DNA of 64,000 bases from Bulleidia sp. (GCA_963655125.1 CAVKDR010000006.1:85521-149520), one strand, 5' to 3'; counted from the first letter of the stretch, positions 18,803-31,427 are shown. The notes: generated from the letters alone by a model not told the origin. A program made the numbers and translations.

Positions 18803-19144
18803 ATGGACGCAATCAAGCATTTTACCGAGGGTATGATCAAAGAGAACAAGCCCCAGTTCGAAGTCGGCGACACCGTTCGCGTCTCCGTCCGCATCAAGGA
18901 AGGCGACAAGGAGCGTATCCAGGCTTTCGAGGGTACCGTTATTGCTAAGAAGCATGGCGGAATCGCTGAGACTTTCACCGTCCGCCGTACTTCCTACGGT
19001 GTCGGCGTTGAGCGTGTGTTCCCGGTCAACAGCCCGTTCGTTGAGAAGGTCGAGGTCATTCGCCGCGGCAAGGTCCGTCGTGCGAAGCTTTTCTACCTGC
19101 GCGAGCGCACCGGCAAGGCCGCCAAGGTCAAGGCACGCATCTGA
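18803..19144 (+). CDS. rplS: 50S ribosomal protein L19
   Basis: Full-length match pattern ...[53 protein letters not shown]. Confidence 0.95.
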   Translation: MDAIKHFTEGMIKENKPQFEVGDTVRVSVRIKEGDKERIQAFEGTVIAKKHGGIAETFTVRRTSYGVGVERVFPVNSPFVEKVEVIRRGKVRRAKLFYLRERTGKAAKVKARI

Positions 19145-19221
19145 GCATACTGCAAAAAAGGGGAGGACGGTTGGCGTTCTCCCTTTTTTCGTATTTTTGC
19201 ATCTAAGGAGGGTGGCAGTCC

Positions 19222-19767
19222 ATGGCAATGCCCTTTAAAGACCGCTATAAACGCAATAAAGACATTTTAGAATGGTATGATGCCCTCGCCGTGGCCGTGG
19301 CAGTTATTGCACTGGTATTCACTTTCTGTGTGCGGGTCGTGCAGGTGGACGGCCACTCGATGCAGCCTACGCTGCTCAACGGCGAGCGTCTGCTGATGAC
19401 ACCGCTGACCAACCCCGATTACGGTGACGTTGTCATCGTGGACAGCTACATCCCGTATGGCAAGCCGCTGGTCAAGCGGGTCATCGGCAAAGCGGGGGAC
19501 ACCATCGATATTGACTTTGCCGCCGGTATCGTTTACCGCAACGGCGAAGCCTTGGATGAGCCCTACACCGCCGAGCCTACGTATACCTACGAGGGGATGG
19601 ATTTCCCCTTGACCGTGCCGGACAACTGCCTGTTTCTGATGGGCGATAACCGCAACGGGTCCAAAGACAGCCGCAGCACCGATATTGGCTGCGTTGACAC
19701 GCGGGACATCCTGGGCACAGCCCTGTGGCGCATCCTGCCTTTCAGTAAAATAGGAGCTGTGCAATGA
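19222..19767 (+). CDS. lepB: Signal peptidase I
   Basis: VDGHSMQPTL (Ser box), KRVIG (Lys box) and GDNRNGSKDSR motifs. Confidence 0.9.
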   Translation: MAMPFKDRYKRNKDILEWYDALAVAVAVIALVFTFCVRVVQVDGHSMQPTLLNGERLLMTPLTNPDYGDVVIVDSYIPYGKPLVKRVIGKAGDTIDIDFAAGIVYRNGEALDEPYTAEPTYTYEGMDFPLTVPDNCLFLMGDNRNGSKDSRSTDIGCVDTRDILGTALWRILPFSKIGAVQ

Positions 19768-20723
19768 GCCAGAGTGACATCATCAACAGCCGTCAGATCC
19801 AGTGGTTCCCCGGTCACATGACCAAGACCCTGCGCCTGATGGAAAAAGAGATCCGCAACGTAGACTGCGTTTTGCAGATCCTCGATGCGCGTATCCCGCT
19901 TTCCAGCCTGAACCCCGAGATCGAGCGGATCACGGCGGGCAAGCCCCACCTGTACATCCTCAATAAGGCCGATTTGGCCGACCCCGAGATCACCAAGCAA
20001 TGGCTGGCCTACTTTAAAAGCGCCGGTGCCGGGTGTCTCGCCATGGACTCCAAGCAGCGCGGCCGTGCCACCGCCGCCAAAGGCCCCATCGAAAAAGAGC
20101 TTTCTGCCCTGATGGCCCGCCGCCGCAACCGCGGCATGGTGGGTGCCGCCGTCCGCGTGATGGTGGTAGGCATCCCCAACGTGGGCAAGTCCACCTTTAT
20201 CAACTCCTTTGCCGGTACCACCCGCGCCAAAGCGGCCAATAAGCCCGGTGTTACCCGTGGCAAGCAGTGGATCTCTGTCGATAACTTCGACCTAATGGAC
20301 ATGCCCGGTGTGTTGTGGAAGAAGTTCGACTCGCTGGAAACGGCCTCGAACCTTGCCTTCATCGGCTCCATCCGTGACGATATCCTGGACATTGAGGAAC
20401 TGGCCTGCGGCCTGCTTTCCAGTGTGCGGGGCATCTACCCGGAACAGCTGCTGGCCCGCTACAAGCTGGACGAAAGCGCCCTGGAACTGCCGCCCTATGA
20501 CCTTTTGCAGGCCATCGGTGCCAAGCGCGGCATGCTGATCTCCGGCGGCGAAGTGGACACCGAGCGCGCCGCCAAGATGCTGGTAGGGGAGTTCCGCGCC
20601 AGCAAGTGGGGCCGCCTCTCGCTGGAGCGCCCGCCCCACCGCGACACCGCAGAGGAGGTGGACGATTATGCCGCCGACGACTTCCCCGAAGACGACCCGG
20701 ACTTCACGGACAACGAAGACTAA
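19764..20723 (+). CDS. rbgA: Ribosome biogenesis GTPase A (YlqF) with acidic C-terminal tail
   Basis: Circularly permuted GTPase motifs (NKADL...GIPNVGKST); C-terminus [23 protein letters not shown] is unusually acidic. Confidence 0.85.
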   Translation: MSQSDIINSRQIQWFPGHMTKTLRLMEKEIRNVDCVLQILDARIPLSSLNPEIERITAGKPHLYILNKADLADPEITKQWLAYFKSAGAGCLAMDSKQRGRATAAKGPIEKELSALMARRRNRGMVGAAVRVMVVGIPNVGKSTFINSFAGTTRAKAANKPGVTRGKQWISVDNFDLMDMPGVLWKKFDSLETASNLAFIGSIRDDILDIEELACGLLSSVRGIYPEQLLARYKLDESALELPPYDLLQAIGAKRGMLISGGEVDTERAAKMLVGEFRASKWGRLSLERPPHRDTAEEVDDYAADDFPEDDPDFTDNED

Positions 20724-21342
20724 ACCGTCCAGCGAAGCCCTCTACGCCTTTGATGCCGAAAAGCGCACCGCCCACGGCATCATCTGCGGCGTGGATGAAG
20801 CGGGCCGCGGCCCCTTGTGCGGGCCGGTCTGCTGTGCCGCTGTCATCCTTGACCCCAACGACCCCATCGAGGGGGTCAACGACTCCAAAAAGCTGACCGA
20901 GAAGCGCCGGGATGCCCTGTTTGAGGAGATCACCCGCCGCGCCCTGGCCTATAAAATTATCTTCATCTCGCCCGCCGAAATTGACGAGCGCAACATCCTT
21001 TGGGCCACCATGGATGGCATGGCGCAGGCCGTGGCCGGGCTGAATCCCCAGCCGGACCATGTGCTCATCGATGGCAACCGCTGCCCGCCCGGCCTTACCC
21101 AGACGGCGGAATCTGTCGTCAAGGGCGATGCCAACAGCGCGTCCATCGCAGCGGCATCCATCCTGGCCAAGGTCAGCCGTGACCGCTATATGCTGGAACT
21201 GGACAAGCAATACCCCCAGTACCAGCTGGCAAAACACAAAGGCTATCCCACCAAGCTGCACTATGAGCTGATCGCCCAGTACGGCATCCAGCCCTTTTAC
21301 CGCCGCAGCTTTTTAAAAAAGCAGGGCTACTGGCATGACTGA
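20668..21342 (+). CDS. rnhB: Ribonuclease HII
   Basis: [14 protein letters not shown] catalytic motif. The only start in frame is ATG 20668, giving a 56 nt overlap with rbgA. Confidence 0.85.
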   Translation: MPPTTSPKTTRTSRTTKTKPSSEALYAFDAEKRTAHGIICGVDEAGRGPLCGPVCCAAVILDPNDPIEGVNDSKKLTEKRRDALFEEITRRALAYKIIFISPAEIDERNILWATMDGMAQAVAGLNPQPDHVLIDGNRCPPGLTQTAESVVKGDANSASIAAASILAKVSRDRYMLELDKQYPQYQLAKHKGYPTKLHYELIAQYGIQPFYRRSFLKKQGYWHD

Positions 21343-21688
21343 GGACATCGGCCATAAAGGCGAGGCCCTGGCCGCCAAGTATTACATTAAACGCGGCTAC
21401 CTGCTGTTAAACCACAACTACCGCACCCGCATGGGGGAGCTGGACCTGATCTTATATAAGGATGGTCAGCTCGTCTTTGCCGAGGTCAAGACCCGGGCGG
21501 GCCGCATGCTGGATACCCCGGCTGCGGCCGTAGATGCCCGCAAACAGCGCCGCCTGATTCTGGCGGCCCAATACTACCTGCAGCACAGCCCTTATGCAGA
21601 TGCCAGTATCCGCTTTGACGTGGTGGAAGTTACCCCCGCAGGCGATGCCTGGCAGATCCATTGTATCCCGGATGCGTTCCAATGCTAA
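21335..21688 (+). CDS. yraN: YraN-family (UPF0102) endonuclease
   Basis: Roughly 117 aa with GE..A..YL...GY..L..N.R...GE.DLI pattern; typical position after rnhB. Confidence 0.8.
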   Translation: MTEDIGHKGEALAAKYYIKRGYLLLNHNYRTRMGELDLILYKDGQLVFAEVKTRAGRMLDTPAAAVDARKQRRLILAAQYYLQHSPYADASIRFDVVEVTPAGDAWQIHCIPDAFQC

Positions 21689-21893
21689 GGCAGTACCGTG
21701 TTATGCTGCGCGCAGACTGTCGGAGAGTGCTTTGTAGGGGCGAACAGTGTTCGCCCGCACCCACTTGCCATGCGGGAAGTCCCCCGGGCAAAAGCGCCGC
21801 TTCGCCAAGCCTGCAGCCGCACAATGCAGTGCAGCTGAAAAGCTGGAATATAGAGGTTTTATAAAGGTCTAAAAAAATAGGAGGGTTTTCGAT

Positions 21894-23342
21894 ATGCAGT
21901 TTCAGAGTACCAGAGATTCCGCACTCCGTGTTTCTTCGTCCGAGGCGATCGTGCGCGGTTTGGCACCCAAAAGCGGCCTATTTGTGCCGGAATCCTTCCC
22001 CCAGGCAGATTTGGAAAGCTGGAAGTCCCTGTCCTACCCGGCCCTGGCCGAGCAGGTGCTCAAAGGCTTCCTGACCGATTACAGCGCCGACTTCCTGCAC
22101 AACGCCACCGCCGCTACTTATGGCGAGGCGTTCGGCGGCAAGGCGGGCGAGACCGTCAAGGTCAGCGATGGCGTTTACGCGCTGGAACTGTGGCACGGCC
22201 CCACCTGCGCGTTCAAGGACTACGCCCTGCAGCTGATGCCGAAACTGCTGGTCGAGGCCAAAAAGAACCTGGGCCGCACCGAGACCACCCGCATTCTGGT
22301 GGCGACCTCCGGTGATACCGGCAAGGCTGCCCTGGCCGGTTATGCGGACCTGGACGGCATCGAGATCGAGGTGTTCTATCCCAACGCCGGCACCAGTGAG
22401 ATCCAGCATCTGCAGATGGCTACCCAGAAGGGCGGCAACGTCCAGGTCTATGCCGTGGAGGGCAACTTTGATGATGCCCAGACCGGCGTAAAGCGCGTCT
22501 TTGCAGATGAATCCGTTGCTGCCGAACTGGAAGCCCGCCACATCCGCCTGTCCAGCGCCAACTCCATCAACTGGGGCCGCCTGGTACCGCAGATCGTCTA
22601 CTACTTCTACGCCTACTTCCGCCTGGCGGAGCAGGGCGCAGTCGAGTGGGGCAAACCCGTTGACTTCTGCGTACCCACCGGTAACTTCGGCGACATCCTG
22701 GCCGGTTACTACGCCAAACAGATGGGCCTGCCCGTGGGCAAGCTGATCTGCGCATCCAACAAGAATAACGTCCTGACGGACTTTATCAAGACCGGCACCT
22801 ACGATGCCCGCCGTACTTTCTACAAGACCGCCTCGCCGTCCATGGACATCCTGATCTCATCCAACCTGGAGCGTCTGCTGCTGCACACCAGCGGCAGTGC
22901 CGAAAAGGTCGAAGGCTGGATGCAGGAACTGGCGGCTACCGGCAAGTACACCGTGGATGCCGAAACGCTGGCAAAAATTCAGGCAAACTTCGCCGCCGGT
23001 TACGCCGATGACGCTGCCGGTGCCGCCGAGATCCGTGCCCGCTTTGAGCGTGACGACTACCTCTGCGACACCCACACCGCCGTGGCCTTCCATGTGGCCG
23101 AGGCCAACCGCAGCGAGGCCCCGATGGTCGTCCTCTCTACCGCCAGCCCGTTTAAGTTCCCGCGGGATGTGCTGGCCGCCCTGGGCGAGACCGCCCCGGA
23201 GAGCGACTTTGCCGCCATGGCCGCACTGACCGCCAAGACCGGTGCCGAAGCCCCGGCCAGCCTGCGCGAACTGGACAAGCTGCCGGTGCGCTTCAACACC
23301 GTCATCGAGCCTGCCGAGATCCGCGCTGCCGCGCTGCGCTGA
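21894..23342 (+). CDS. thrC: Threonine synthase (long form)
   Basis: N-terminus MQFQSTRDS...GLAPKSGLFVP and PLP-lysine region FKDYALQ; about 480 aa. Confidence 0.85.
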   Translation: MQFQSTRDSALRVSSSEAIVRGLAPKSGLFVPESFPQADLESWKSLSYPALAEQVLKGFLTDYSADFLHNATAATYGEAFGGKAGETVKVSDGVYALELWHGPTCAFKDYALQLMPKLLVEAKKNLGRTETTRILVATSGDTGKAALAGYADLDGIEIEVFYPNAGTSEIQHLQMATQKGGNVQVYAVEGNFDDAQTGVKRVFADESVAAELEARHIRLSSANSINWGRLVPQIVYYFYAYFRLAEQGAVEWGKPVDFCVPTGNFGDILAGYYAKQMGLPVGKLICASNKNNVLTDFIKTGTYDARRTFYKTASPSMDILISSNLERLLLHTSGSAEKVEGWMQELAATGKYTVDAETLAKIQANFAAGYADDAAGAAEIRARFERDDYLCDTHTAVAFHVAEANRSEAPMVVLSTASPFKFPRDVLAALGETAPESDFAAMAALTAKTGAEAPASLRELDKLPVRFNTVIEPAEIRAAALR

Positions 23343-23373
23343 ACTACCGCAATTTTACGAAAGGGGGGCGTGT

Positions 23374-24057
23374 ATGGCCCTGTTTGTGATCGGAGACCTG
23401 CACCTCTCCTTAGGGGCAGATAAACCCATGGATATTTTTCCCGGCTGGGAGGGGTATCTGCCCAAACTCGAAGCCAACTGGCGCAAACTCATCAGCCCCG
23501 AAGATACCGTGGTGCTGGCGGGGGATACCAGCTGGGCGATGAACCTCAACGATACCAAGCCGGACTTTGCCTACATCCAGAAGCTGCCGGGCCAGAAATG
23601 GCTGCTGAAAGGCAACCACGACTACTGGTGGACCACCACCCGCAAGATGGAAAAATACCTGGCAGATTCCGGCTTTGACACGCTGCACATCCTGCACAAT
23701 AACGCCTGCATTCTGGGCGATACCGCCCTCTGCGGCACCCGCGGCTGGCCCTTTGATGATGTGGCCGCCCAGGGTGAAAAGCTGATGGCGCGGGAGGCAG
23801 GCCGCCTGCGCATGTCCCTGCAGGCAGCGGGGGACACGCCCCGCAAGATCGCTTTTCTGCACTACCCGCCGGTCTATCCCGGTGCCAGCGCCAAAGAGCT
23901 GGTGGACGTGCTGCATGAGTTCGGCGTGACTGAATGTTATTATGGCCACCTGCACGGAAAATCGATCCGTTACGCAGTCCAGGGCCCGGTGGATGGCATT
24001 ACCTACCGCCTGATTTCCGCCGATGGATTGGCGTTTTGCCCCTATAAAATCGGATAA
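23374..24057 (+). CDS. Calcineurin-like metallophosphoesterase
   Basis: MALFVIGDLHLS..GDT..GNHDYWW..LHYPP motifs; ATG 23374 follows AAGGGGGG. The upstream track extension is unsupported. Confidence 0.7.
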   Translation: MALFVIGDLHLSLGADKPMDIFPGWEGYLPKLEANWRKLISPEDTVVLAGDTSWAMNLNDTKPDFAYIQKLPGQKWLLKGNHDYWWTTTRKMEKYLADSGFDTLHILHNNACILGDTALCGTRGWPFDDVAAQGEKLMAREAGRLRMSLQAAGDTPRKIAFLHYPPVYPGASAKELVDVLHEFGVTECYYGHLHGKSIRYAVQGPVDGITYRLISADGLAFCPYKIG

Positions 24058-24196
24058 AGCGTGGAAAAACCGCAATTTTCTTTAGGAAATCGGCTCTGAA
24101 TTGTTAAAATTTTAAAAACAGGGCTGGTATTCTTGGCGGGAACATGCTATAATAACTTGTATTTTTATGTACATTTATTTTTGGAGGAATTTATAA

Positions 24197-25597
24197 ATGA
24201 AACTGATTTCCTGTGAAAAGCTCGAAAAGAGCATGGTCGAACTGCAGTTCTCTATTGACGCGGAGACCTTCAAATCCGCCGTCAACGCCGCTTTCAAGCG
24301 CGAGGGCAAGAAGTACGCCATCCCCGGCTTCCGCAAGGGCAAGGCTCCTAAGGCTATGATCGAGAAGATGTACGGCAAGGACCTGTTCCAGTACGATGCC
24401 ATCAACGATCTGTTCCCCGAGAACTACGAGGCTGCCGTTAAGGAAGCCAACATTGATGTTGTCGGCCGTCCCGATGCCGAGGTCGTTTCCATGTCCGAGG
24501 AGGAGGGCGCTACCCTGAAGGTCAAGGTCGCCGTCAAGCCCGAAGTCGAACTGGGCGAGTACGCCGGTTTAACCGTCAACAAAGATGTCAAGACTGTTGA
24601 CGAGGCTGATGTTGATGCCGAGATCAAGCGCATGCAGGACCGCAACGGCCGTCTGCTGACCCGTGAGGGCGCTGCTGAGAACGGTGACACCGTTGACATC
24701 GACTTCGAGGGCTTCGTTGATGGCGTTGCTTTCGAGGGCGGCAAGGCTGAGCACTACTCTCTGGTGCTGGGCAGCGGTTCTTTCATCCCCGGCTTCGAGG
24801 AGCAGGTCGTTGGCCATGCTGCTGGCGAGGACTTCGATGTCAACGTCAAGTTCCCCGAGGAGTACCAGGCTGAAGAACTGGCCGGCAAGGACGCTACCTT
24901 CAAGATCAAGCTGCACGAGGTCCAGTACAAGGAGCTGCCGGAGCTGGATGACGACTTCGCGAAGGACGTCAGCGAGTACGACACCCTGGACGAGCTGAAG
25001 GATTCCATCCGCAAGGGTATCCAGGCCAACCACGAGAAACAGGCTGACCAGAAGGTCGAGAACGATCTGATCGACCAGGTCGTTTCCAACATGAAGGCTG
25101 AGATCCCCGATGCCATGATCGACTCCCGCATCGAGGAGCTGGTTCAGGACTTCCAGTATCGCATCTCCCAGCAGGGCCTCAAGATTGAGCAGTACCTGCA
25201 GTACATGGGCATGACCATGGACCAGTTCAAGGAGCAGTTCCGTGAGCAGGCCGACAAGCAGGTCAAGATGCGCCTGGCTATGGAAGCCATCGTTGCCAAG
25301 GAGAACATCGAGGCTACCGAGGAAGAATTCGAGGCCGAGATCAAGCGCATTGCCGATGCTTACCAGATGGAGGCTGACAAGGTCAAGAGCCTGGTCGATG
25401 CCGCTGCCGTCAAGAAGGATCTGGCTGTCAACAAGGCAATCGACTTCGTGAAGTCCAAGGCTAACATCGTTGCCGGTGCTGCCGAGGAGAAGAAGCCCGC
25501 CAAGAAGACCACCCGCAAGACCACCAAGAAGGCTGCCGCCAAGAAGGACGAGGAGCCGAAGGAAGAAGCTAAGGACGAGGAGAGCAAGGGCGAGTAA
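24197..25597 (+). CDS. tig: Trigger factor
   Basis: N-terminal ribosome-binding (GFRKGKAP), PPIase and C-terminal domains with Lys/Glu-rich tail. Confidence 0.92.
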   Translation: MKLISCEKLEKSMVELQFSIDAETFKSAVNAAFKREGKKYAIPGFRKGKAPKAMIEKMYGKDLFQYDAINDLFPENYEAAVKEANIDVVGRPDAEVVSMSEEEGATLKVKVAVKPEVELGEYAGLTVNKDVKTVDEADVDAEIKRMQDRNGRLLTREGAAENGDTVDIDFEGFVDGVAFEGGKAEHYSLVLGSGSFIPGFEEQVVGHAAGEDFDVNVKFPEEYQAEELAGKDATFKIKLHEVQYKELPELDDDFAKDVSEYDTLDELKDSIRKGIQANHEKQADQKVENDLIDQVVSNMKAEIPDAMIDSRIEELVQDFQYRISQQGLKIEQYLQYMGMTMDQFKEQFREQADKQVKMRLAMEAIVAKENIEATEEEFEAEIKRIADAYQMEADKVKSLVDAAAVKKDLAVNKAIDFVKSKANIVAGAAEEKKPAKKTTRKTTKKAAAKKDEEPKEEAKDEESKGE

Positions 25598-25629
25598 TCC
25601 CTACGCTTTCTTAAATCTAAAGATGTAAA

Positions 25630-25670
25630 AGGGCCGATACGGTGCGCATCTGCCGCCGTATCGGTTCTTT
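25630..25670 (+). terminator. Terminator after tig
   Basis: ccgatacgg...ccgtatcgg stem followed by a T-run. Confidence 0.6.
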
Positions 25671-25708
25671 GGTGAACCCCTATTTTATCATTAAGGAGGG
25701 AAAACCCC

Positions 25709-26299
25709 ATGAGCCTTGTACCCTATGTTGTCGAACAGACTGCCCGCGGTGAGCGCAGCTACGATATTTTTTCGCGCCTGCTCAATGACCGTATCATCGT
25801 GCTGAGAGAGGATGTCAACTCCTCCTCTGCCAGCGTGATCGTTGCCCAGCTGCTGTACCTGGAAGGTCAGGATCCTGAAAAGGATATCTACTTCTACATC
25901 AACAGCCCCGGCGGCTCCATCTCGGACGGTATGGCGATCCACGATACCATGAACTATATCAAGTGCGATGTCTCCACTATCTGCGTAGGCATGGCTGCCT
26001 CGATGGGCGCTTTCCTGCTGGCAAGCGGCACCAAGGGCAAGCGTTTCGCCCTGCCCAACTCCGAGATCCTGATCCACCAGCCGCTCATCGGCGGTCAGGG
26101 CATCTCCGGCCAGACCACGGATATCCAGATCCACGCCAACCACATGGTGCACATCCGCAACAAGATGAACACCCTGCTCAGCCAGTACACCGGCCAGCCG
26201 CTGGAGACCATCCAGAAGGATACCGAGCGTGATAACTATATGACGGCCGAGCAGGCAAAGGCATACGGCCTGATCGACGAGATCCTCTATAAACACTGA
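25709..26299 (+). CDS. clpP: ATP-dependent Clp protease proteolytic subunit
   Basis: GMAASMGA Ser site, His/Asp triad context, IIVL..N.PGG. Confidence 0.95.
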   Translation: MSLVPYVVEQTARGERSYDIFSRLLNDRIIVLREDVNSSSASVIVAQLLYLEGQDPEKDIYFYINSPGGSISDGMAIHDTMNYIKCDVSTICVGMAASMGAFLLASGTKGKRFALPNSEILIHQPLIGGQGISGQTTDIQIHANHMVHIRNKMNTLLSQYTGQPLETIQKDTERDNYMTAEQAKAYGLIDEILYKH

Positions 26300-26313
26300 T
26301 TCGGGGGAAGAAC

Positions 26314-27663
26314 ATGGCAAATCAAACGTCCGGCAAGGACGGAAAAGGACGCGAGATGCGCTGCAGTTTTTGCGGCCGCTCCCAAAATGAGGTCGAACAG
26401 CTGCTGATCGGCCCCGGCGTCAACATCTGCAACGAGTGCATCGACATGTGCCATAACATGCTGTACAAAGACGGCGAAAACCCGCCGCCGCGCGCCGGGG
26501 CTTCCCGCCGCCAGCAGGCACAGCCCGGTGCCGCCCAGTCCCGCTATGATACCGACCCGCTCGCAAGCGTCAACATCCTCACCCCCGCCGAGATCAAGGC
26601 CGGGCTGGATCAGTACGTTATCGGGCAGGACGATGCCAAGCGTGTGCTGGCAGTCTCCGTGTACAACCACTACAAGCGCATCCTCTCCGGTCAGCAGACC
26701 GGCGTGGAACTGCAAAAATCCAATGTGCTGATGCTCGGCCCCTCCGGCACCGGCAAGACCCTGCTGGCCCAGACCCTGGCTAAGATGCTCAACGTGCCTT
26801 TCGCTATCGCGGATGCCACCACCCTGACCGAGGCTGGCTACGTGGGAGAGGATGTGGAGAACATCCTGCTCAAGCTGATCCAGGCGGCGGATTTCGATAT
26901 CCCCAAGGCCGAGATCGGCATCATCTATGTGGACGAGATCGACAAGATCACCCGCAAGAGCGAGAACCCCTCCATCACCCGCGATGTGGGCGGCGAGGGC
27001 GTTCAGCAGGCACTGCTGAAGATCGTGGAGGGTACCGTCAGCAACGTGCCGCCCAACGGCGGCCGTAAGCACCCGCAGCAGGAGTTCATCCAGATCAACA
27101 CCAAGAACATCCTGTTTATCTGCGGCGGCGCGTTCGATGGCCTGGAAAAGCTGATCCAGAAGCGTACCGATAACGCTTCGATGGGCTTTGGCAGCCAGCT
27201 GCGCACCACCCTGGATAAGGATGAAACCCGCCAGAAGCTGCTGAAGAAGGTCGAGCCCGATGATCTGGTCAAGTTTGGCCTGATCCCCGAACTGATCGGC
27301 CGTCTGCCGGTCGTCACAGTGCTGGACCCGCTGGACGAGGATGCCCTGGTCCGTGTGCTGACCGAGCCGAAGAACAGCCTGGTGCGCCAGTACAAAGAGC
27401 TGCTGCATCTGGATAACGCCGAACTGGTCTTTACCGATGCAGCCCTGCATGCCATCGCCCGCAAGACGGTGGAACGCAAGAGCGGCGCGCGCGGTCTGCG
27501 CAGCGTGGTCGAAGATCTGCTGATTCCCATTATGTACGACATCCCCTCCGATGCTACCATCACCAAGGTGACCATCGATGAGGACACCGTCAACGGGGGC
27601 CAGCCGCATATCGAGCACGGCATCATGCGCCCGCGGTACAAAAATATCGCAATGAAACAATAA
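26314..27663 (+). CDS. clpX: ATP-dependent Clp protease ATP-binding subunit ClpX
   Basis: N-terminal zinc-binding domain [28 protein letters not shown], Walker A GPSGTGKT and IGF-loop region. Confidence 0.95.
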   Translation: MANQTSGKDGKGREMRCSFCGRSQNEVEQLLIGPGVNICNECIDMCHNMLYKDGENPPPRAGASRRQQAQPGAAQSRYDTDPLASVNILTPAEIKAGLDQYVIGQDDAKRVLAVSVYNHYKRILSGQQTGVELQKSNVLMLGPSGTGKTLLAQTLAKMLNVPFAIADATTLTEAGYVGEDVENILLKLIQAADFDIPKAEIGIIYVDEIDKITRKSENPSITRDVGGEGVQQALLKIVEGTVSNVPPNGGRKHPQQEFIQINTKNILFICGGAFDGLEKLIQKRTDNASMGFGSQLRTTLDKDETRQKLLKKVEPDDLVKFGLIPELIGRLPVVTVLDPLDEDALVRVLTEPKNSLVRQYKELLHLDNAELVFTDAALHAIARKTVERKSGARGLRSVVEDLLIPIMYDIPSDATITKVTIDEDTVNGGQPHIEHGIMRPRYKNIAMKQ

Positions 27664-27765
27664 AAATGTGGCAGGAGTAGGTGCATGCTCCTGCCACATT
27701 TTTTGTTCACAAAAATTTTATAGTGAAACCTCTTGATTTTTGTATGCGAAGTGGTTATTATATAT

Positions 27766-27792
27766 TTAGCACTCAGAGAGAATGAGTGCTAA
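27766..27792. promoter_or_regulatory. CIRCE operator (HrcA binding site) upstream of groES
   Basis: TTAGCACTC-AGAGAGAAT-GAGTGCTAA, a perfect match to the CIRCE consensus TTAGCACTC-N9-GAGTGCTAA; preceded by TTGATT-N18-TATTAT. Confidence 0.9.
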
Positions 27793-28122
<330 letters not shown>

Positions 28123-28153
28123 TTTTCAGACTTTTCCATTTTGATTTAGATAA

Positions 28154-29800
<1,647 letters not shown>

Positions 29801-29829
29801 GCGGTACAAACCCCATAAATAACTAATAG

Positions 29830-29872
29830 CCCCCGGCACCTGCCTGAACAGCAGGTGCCGGGGGCTTTGTTG
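29830..29872. terminator. Bidirectional terminator between convergent groEL and the XRE gene
   Basis: 14 bp perfect stem cccccggcacctgc / gcaggtgccggggg with a 7 nt loop, U-runs on both sides. Confidence 0.8.
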
Positions 29873-29897
29873 TACTTGTCTATTTAAAAAGTAATGA

Positions 29898-30206
29898 TCA
29901 GATCGTATCCGTTTTGTTTTTGTTCTTTAGATGGGCGATTAAATAGTGGATGGCTTGAATATCGGATTCCGTTAGTCCGTCTACACTGACGGTTGCTGAA
30001 CTTTCAAGCCCCAACAAATAATCCGTAGATACTTTGAAAATGTTTGCTAGTTCTACAAGGTACTGGGTGGAGGGCACGGAGATCCCCATTTCCCACGCGT
30101 TTACACTGGAGCGGGTGATTCCCAGCTGTTTGGCCAGTTCAGCTTGCGTCATAACGTTCTGTTCGCGCAGATGCCGGATCCTATAGGAAATCATCACATC
30201 AGCCAT
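29898..30206 (-). CDS. XRE-family (Cro/C1-type HTH) transcriptional regulator
   Basis: MADVMISYRIRHLREQNVMTQAELAKQLGITRSSVNAWEMG HTH-XRE signature. The ATG is at 30206; the track extension to 30338 is unsupported. It lies in the low-GC island, divergent from the operon. Confidence 0.75.
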   Translation of the reverse strand: MADVMISYRIRHLREQNVMTQAELAKQLGITRSSVNAWEMGISVPSTQYLVELANIFKVSTDYLLGLESSATVSVDGLTESDIQAIHYLIAHLKNKNKTDTI

Positions 30207-30245
30207 GGAATTTTTCACCCCTTTGGATGTATAGTAGAACAAACT

Positions 30246-30274
30246 AAATGATATTGCATTATCAAAATGATATT
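30246..30274. promoter_or_regulatory. Candidate operator: two direct AAATGATATT repeats (19 bp apart) embedding a TGATATTGCATTATCA near-palindrome, in the divergent XRE/operon promoter region
   Basis: Repeats at 30246-30255 and 30265-30274; the second overlaps the -35 TTGACA of the +-strand promoter (TTGACA-N17-TACAAT at about 30279-30307). Confidence 0.35.
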
Positions 30275-30369
30275 TATAATTGACAATTGATTTAGCCATG
30301 CTACAATAAAGATAGCGAAAAAGCCTGCAAGATGGCAAACTCCAAAATCAAAGGAAAGAGGGAAAATTT

Positions 30370-31410
30370 ATGAGTTTGGTTACCATGAAATGCCCCAGCT
30401 GTGGCGGAACACTTGAACTGGACAGCACAAAAGAATTCGGTTTCTGCATTTACTGTGGAACAAAGGTGAGAATCCAGGATGAAAAAACGAGAGTAGAAGT
30501 TTCCGGACGCGTTAAGTTTGATGAGACGGAAAAGTATAAGAACTTTCTGAACCTGGCAAATCAGGCTTATGCAAATGGAAATGTTGGCGAAGCGTATGAT
30601 TATTACACAAAAGCGCTTGAAATCCGGCAGGACGACTATCTGCCTGTGTTCCGTAAAGGCCTGTGTGCAGGCTACCTTTCCAGCGAGAACGGCCTTCGCG
30701 TAGAAGAAGTGGTGGCAGGTGTATCGCATGGCTTCGACATGGCACCGGATAAAAAGGCCTGTCAGAATATGTCTGATGAGATTGTGACTTTTGTTGTAAA
30801 TCACGGCGCACCGCGCAACGATGGATTTTATAGTTCTGATGATTGCGCACGGTATGTGAAAGCTGTTTACAGCCGGGCTAATTTGTTGAACCGTTTGTAC
30901 CGGTTCATTGACCAGGAAAATGTGGATGACGTTATTACTTATATCGAAGCGGTTCTGGATTGCTGCCAGCGGGTTAATTCCTCGGTCATGAAGTTCTCTG
31001 CCGGGACATCGGTAAAGAAAGGCAAGGCCGAAACGGTCTACGGAACCTACCCGGTGCCGCAGAACATTACACATGAAATGGCAGATCTGAACAAAAAGTT
31101 TACAGTTGAGTATAACAAGTTTATTGAGCCGAGAGTGAAAAAGGCGGAGCGGGAAGTTGAGAATATCAAAAAGAAAATCGATGCACTCCCAGTGGTGCAG
31201 AAAATTGCGCATTATGTGTGCAACTGGTGGGTGTTCCTGCTGGGTTTGCTCTTGGTAAATAGCATTGGCATGGTCATCTGGATGGCTCAGCTGATTCTGC
31301 TTGCAGTGGCAAAAGTGACTGACAAAAATGGCACTACAAAGAGCCTGTATACAGAGTTGAAGAAAAAGAAGAAAGAATTGGCCGCCCTGAAAAAGCAACT
31401 TAAAAAGTAA
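30370..31410 (+). CDS. Zinc-ribbon / TPR-like / C-terminal TM tail-anchored protein (YdjG-like), function unknown
   Basis: N-terminal CPSCGG..N12..CIYCG zinc ribbon, helical TPR-like middle, single TM (WWVFLLGLLLVNSIGMVIWMAQLILLAV), Lys-rich coiled-coil tail. Low GC. Confidence 0.55.
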   Translation: MSLVTMKCPSCGGTLELDSTKEFGFCIYCGTKVRIQDEKTRVEVSGRVKFDETEKYKNFLNLANQAYANGNVGEAYDYYTKALEIRQDDYLPVFRKGLCAGYLSSENGLRVEEVVAGVSHGFDMAPDKKACQNMSDEIVTFVVNHGAPRNDGFYSSDDCARYVKAVYSRANLLNRLYRFIDQENVDDVITYIEAVLDCCQRVNSSVMKFSAGTSVKKGKAETVYGTYPVPQNITHEMADLNKKFTVEYNKFIEPRVKKAEREVENIKKKIDALPVVQKIAHYVCNWWVFLLGLLLVNSIGMVIWMAQLILLAVAKVTDKNGTTKSLYTELKKKKKELAALKKQLKK

Positions 31411-31427
31411 AGCGGAGAGAACAGGCT

